Source of the DNA: an uncultured Mizugakiibacter sp.
GTDB taxonomy: Bacteria > Pseudomonadota > Gammaproteobacteria > Xanthomonadales > Rhodanobacteraceae
Length of the DNA stretch: 33,313 nt
Assembly: GCA_964404785.1 (NCBI GenBank)
Contig: CAYOLM010000001.1
Coordinates: forward strand, 1 to 33,313
Direction of reading: 5' to 3'
Made by a program: the position numbers and the translations under genes. Within the stretch, counting starts at the first letter, position 1, and every line of letters begins with the position of its first letter. Below the pieces are notes generated by a model. The model ran no database searches, was not told the DNA's origin, and saw nothing but the letters and a program-made list of their open reading frames with translations. Shown piece by piece: positions 31,901 through 33,313 of the stretch.

Positions 31901-32758
31901 ATCCTTGTCAGATAAACCCACAGTTTGCGCCAGCACAGCAAGGCGGTTATCCAAGACGGCCTCACGGCCGACAATTACCAGTTGATAAGCACTGCGTAAA
32001 GTCTGTGGCAACTGTGCAAAAGTTCTGATCAGTCCCTCAACATTTTTTCGATAGTCAATGCCACCGGTATACATCACAAAATCACGGTCAATACCGTAAC
32101 ACTTAGACAGACTAACATACTCAGCATCTGTCAATTTTAGTGGGTGGAAATGTACGTCACAGGCAGTCGAGATATTAATAATTTGGTCTTTTGGATACTG
32201 CAGATATTTAGCCGCTTCCTGCCCGGATGATATGGAAATAGATAGCAATAAATCAGCACGAAGAAGATATTCAAGTTTATTTAAATAATAATGTTCTATG
32301 ATAGTGTTACTTAGATAGTCTTTACGATATATAAGCGGTATAAGATCATATAGTATTACGGCTGTCAGCAAATGCGTAGTCAATGCGGAGATACTAGTGA
32401 CGGCCTCCTCGTAGAAAGCCTCAAACAGTGAAGATAGCAGCACTACATCTGGTTCCAGGCTTGCTATAAATGCCTCACGAGCAAGCTCTGCTACATGGCG
32501 ACGGGCATCATTGTTCCGATCGGCAGGGTCGACTAGGCCAACAATATCAAATACTCGAATATCTCCCTGTGATAAAAGACCGTCGAAAGCAGCACGTATG
32601 GAGTCAATACTTTCAGGCAGTGCACCATTTAGTATCAGTAGTACATCATTGTTTGCACGAGTCTCAAGCATCGCCCGAGCAAATGCCATGGTATAACGGC
32701 CAATACCCCGAAAACGGCTCGCCGTTTGTGCCCCTTGCATATCAATAACCAGTCGCAT
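28988..32758 (-). CDS. Three-domain GT4 glycosyltransferase, WbdA-like O-polysaccharide polymerase
   Basis: MRLVIDMQGAQTASRFRGIGRY start; domain starts at ISPLPPEKTGIADY and DLKTGIERVVR; EGFGLPILE, GETSASALD and EGFGLPLIE motifs; 1256 aa. Confidence 0.85.
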   Translation of the reverse strand: MRLVIDMQGAQTASRFRGIGRYTMAFARAMLETRANNDVLLILNGALPESIDSIRAAFDGLLSQGDIRVFDIVGLVDPADRNNDARRHVAELAREAFIASLEPDVVLLSSLFEAFYEEAVTSISALTTHLLTAVILYDLIPLIYRKDYLSNTIIEHYYLNKLEYLLRADLLLSISISSGQEAAKYLQYPKDQIINISTACDVHFHPLKLTDAEYVSLSKCYGIDRDFVMYTGGIDYRKNVEGLIRTFAQLPQTLRSAYQLVIVGREAVLDNRLAVLAQTVGLSDKDIVFTGFVPDDVLVILYNAAHLFVFPSWHEGFGLPILEAMACGKAVLAANSSSLPEVVGLDEALFDPAEPADMGSKIEHILTDEVFRTRLEQHGLRQAKKFSWHKTARQAWQAVTTLAEKSQVANPATRLASRPKLAYISPLPPEKTGIADYSAELLPELARHYEITVITEQKTVADPWVHATCAIHDVAWLERNISRFERLLYHFGNSPFHSHMFRLLQRYPGVVVLHDFFLSGVVAYRDMHGETPGQWARTLQQAHGWLAVRERFTEADTSEVIFRYPCNLPVLQQALGVIVHSDHSCQLAEQWYGQGASKNWSVIPLLRAPAPTTDRQSVRRALGLNETDFVVASFGMIAPTKQSQCLLEAWLASPLSCNKHCHLVFIGERHGGEYGAQMAAQIEASPACERIKITGWVGAETFRQWLAAADAAVQLRTHSRGETSASALDCLNYGLPTIVNAHGSLAELPEDVVKRLADKFTTAELSEALSNLWRDVDGRAKLGQRGWRYLRRQHAPRECTDKYAHAIERSYERARRQLPGALSAIAATDPSLTSDQSGRLATTLAYNHPPHPRRPQILVDVSALVQTDLKTGIERVVRAFLQQWLNKPPTGWTVEPVYASIDRLGYRYARHFTAHFLGIHDEWDEDEPVDIWPGDVFIGLDLQHYVVTAQENVLTSWRQRGVKIWFVLYDLLPVLLPHAFPDGVEAQYQRWLSVITRYQGIACISRAVATEIHSWLADHGLQRERPLQLNWFHLGADVERSVPTLGLPEDAPQRLAALSAYPSFLMVGTIEPRKGHLQVLAAFEQVWAQGVAANLVIVGKEGWQGLPEQQRGTIPTIMQKLRNHPQLGQRLFWLDEVSDEYLGKIYCATTCLLAASEGEGFGLPLIEAAQHRLPILARDISVFREVAGEHASYFPNSLEPAVLAEAVQNWLDSYHQGNYPCSETMAYQSWEQSADQVLGIVLGKTQPYLSWLPERG

Positions 32759-33312
32759 CAGAGCTGCCTCCCCTTGAGCGTATCATCTTTTAACTTACTG
32801 TAGATCTCTCTTGTTCTCATTGAATAATCAGCTAAATCTTCACGGTTATCTATATGATTGATGGATTTTAGTGATAGCTGATCACTTACTTGATCCTCCT
32901 GATATTTTGTAACAACATCACAAGTCTCTAATTGAATAACTTCAAAAGTAATGTCCTTTTCAGGGGGGACATATATGCCATTATGGATGGACAGTGATCG
33001 GATTCTTGAATGTAGATTGGGATAGGTTCTTTTTAGCCAATTGCTAAACTTTGGGCTTAATTCAGGCCGATGCAGAACAGAAGAGATCAATGCCAGGACA
33101 ACCATTTTTAACAGACGTTTCGGGAGATTACTAAGCCATCTAATAAAAGTCATTGCTGTACGCAACGGCTGCGTAATACGCCATGATCGGCTCTCGTATA
33201 GAGCATGCAATTCAGATGAGACCTGCTGCGCGGTAGTTACAGCCTGCTGGGCCGTAGCATCGGCCTGCTGGGCCGTGGCATCGGCCTGCTGGGCGGTAGT
33301 AACAGCCTGCTG
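32758..33312 (-). CDS. 3' part of a WbdD-like chain terminator/coiled-coil protein (5' end outside the window)
   Basis: Frame is open to the window edge: QQAVTTA/QQADATA heptads followed by YESRSWRITQPLR; TGATG overlap with the WbdA-like gene. The catalytic domain is not visible. Confidence 0.68.
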   Translation of the reverse strand, partial: QQAVTTAQQADATAQQADATAQQAVTTAQQVSSELHALYESRSWRITQPLRTAMTFIRWLSNLPKRLLKMVVLALISSVLHRPELSPKFSNWLKRTYPNLHSRIRSLSIHNGIYVPPEKDITFEVIQLETCDVVTKYQEDQVSDQLSLKSINHIDNREDLADYSMRTREIYSKLKDDTLKGRQL

Positions 33313-33313
33313 G
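33223..33313. repeat. In-frame 21-bp tandem repeat (at least 4 units) encoding coiled-coil heptads
   Basis: ctgctg recurs at 33223, 33244, 33265, 33286 and 33307; the array continues off the edge. Confidence 0.9.

Overview
The window is a cell-surface locus from a Gram-negative bacterium; the left-end genes resemble Xanthomonadales/Rhodanobacteraceae (inference). From left to right it holds: (1) housekeeping-like genes (rhomboid, DUF1820-like, BPSS1780-like membrane protein, class I glutamine amidotransferase, TPR-sulfotransferase); (2) gmhB-gmhA; (3) sqdB (UDP-sulfoquinovose synthase) beside an AT-rich trio of a flippase-like protein, a polyprenol-phosphate GT2 and a GT-C-like membrane protein; (4) manB, rmd/tld-like and gmd; (5) a type II secretion system split into two arms (gspEFGH on +, gspIJKLMC-D on -) that converge on one 477-aa secreted Ser/Thr/Ala/Gly-rich gene with its own near-consensus sigma70 promoter, strong RBS and UUCG terminator, most likely an S-layer protein; (6) a three-domain WbdA-like O-polysaccharide polymerase and the 3' end of a WbdD-like gene with a 21-bp heptad tandem repeat. 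Three clusters of a REP/BIME-like palindromic repeat are interspersed. The leading hypothesis is an S-layer with a dedicated T2SS nested inside an ABC-type O-antigen locus, linked to a lipid-carrier (Gtr-like) pathway that may add sulfoquinovose to a surface glycan rather than make sulfolipid. All family calls come from motif recognition by eye; no database searches were run.
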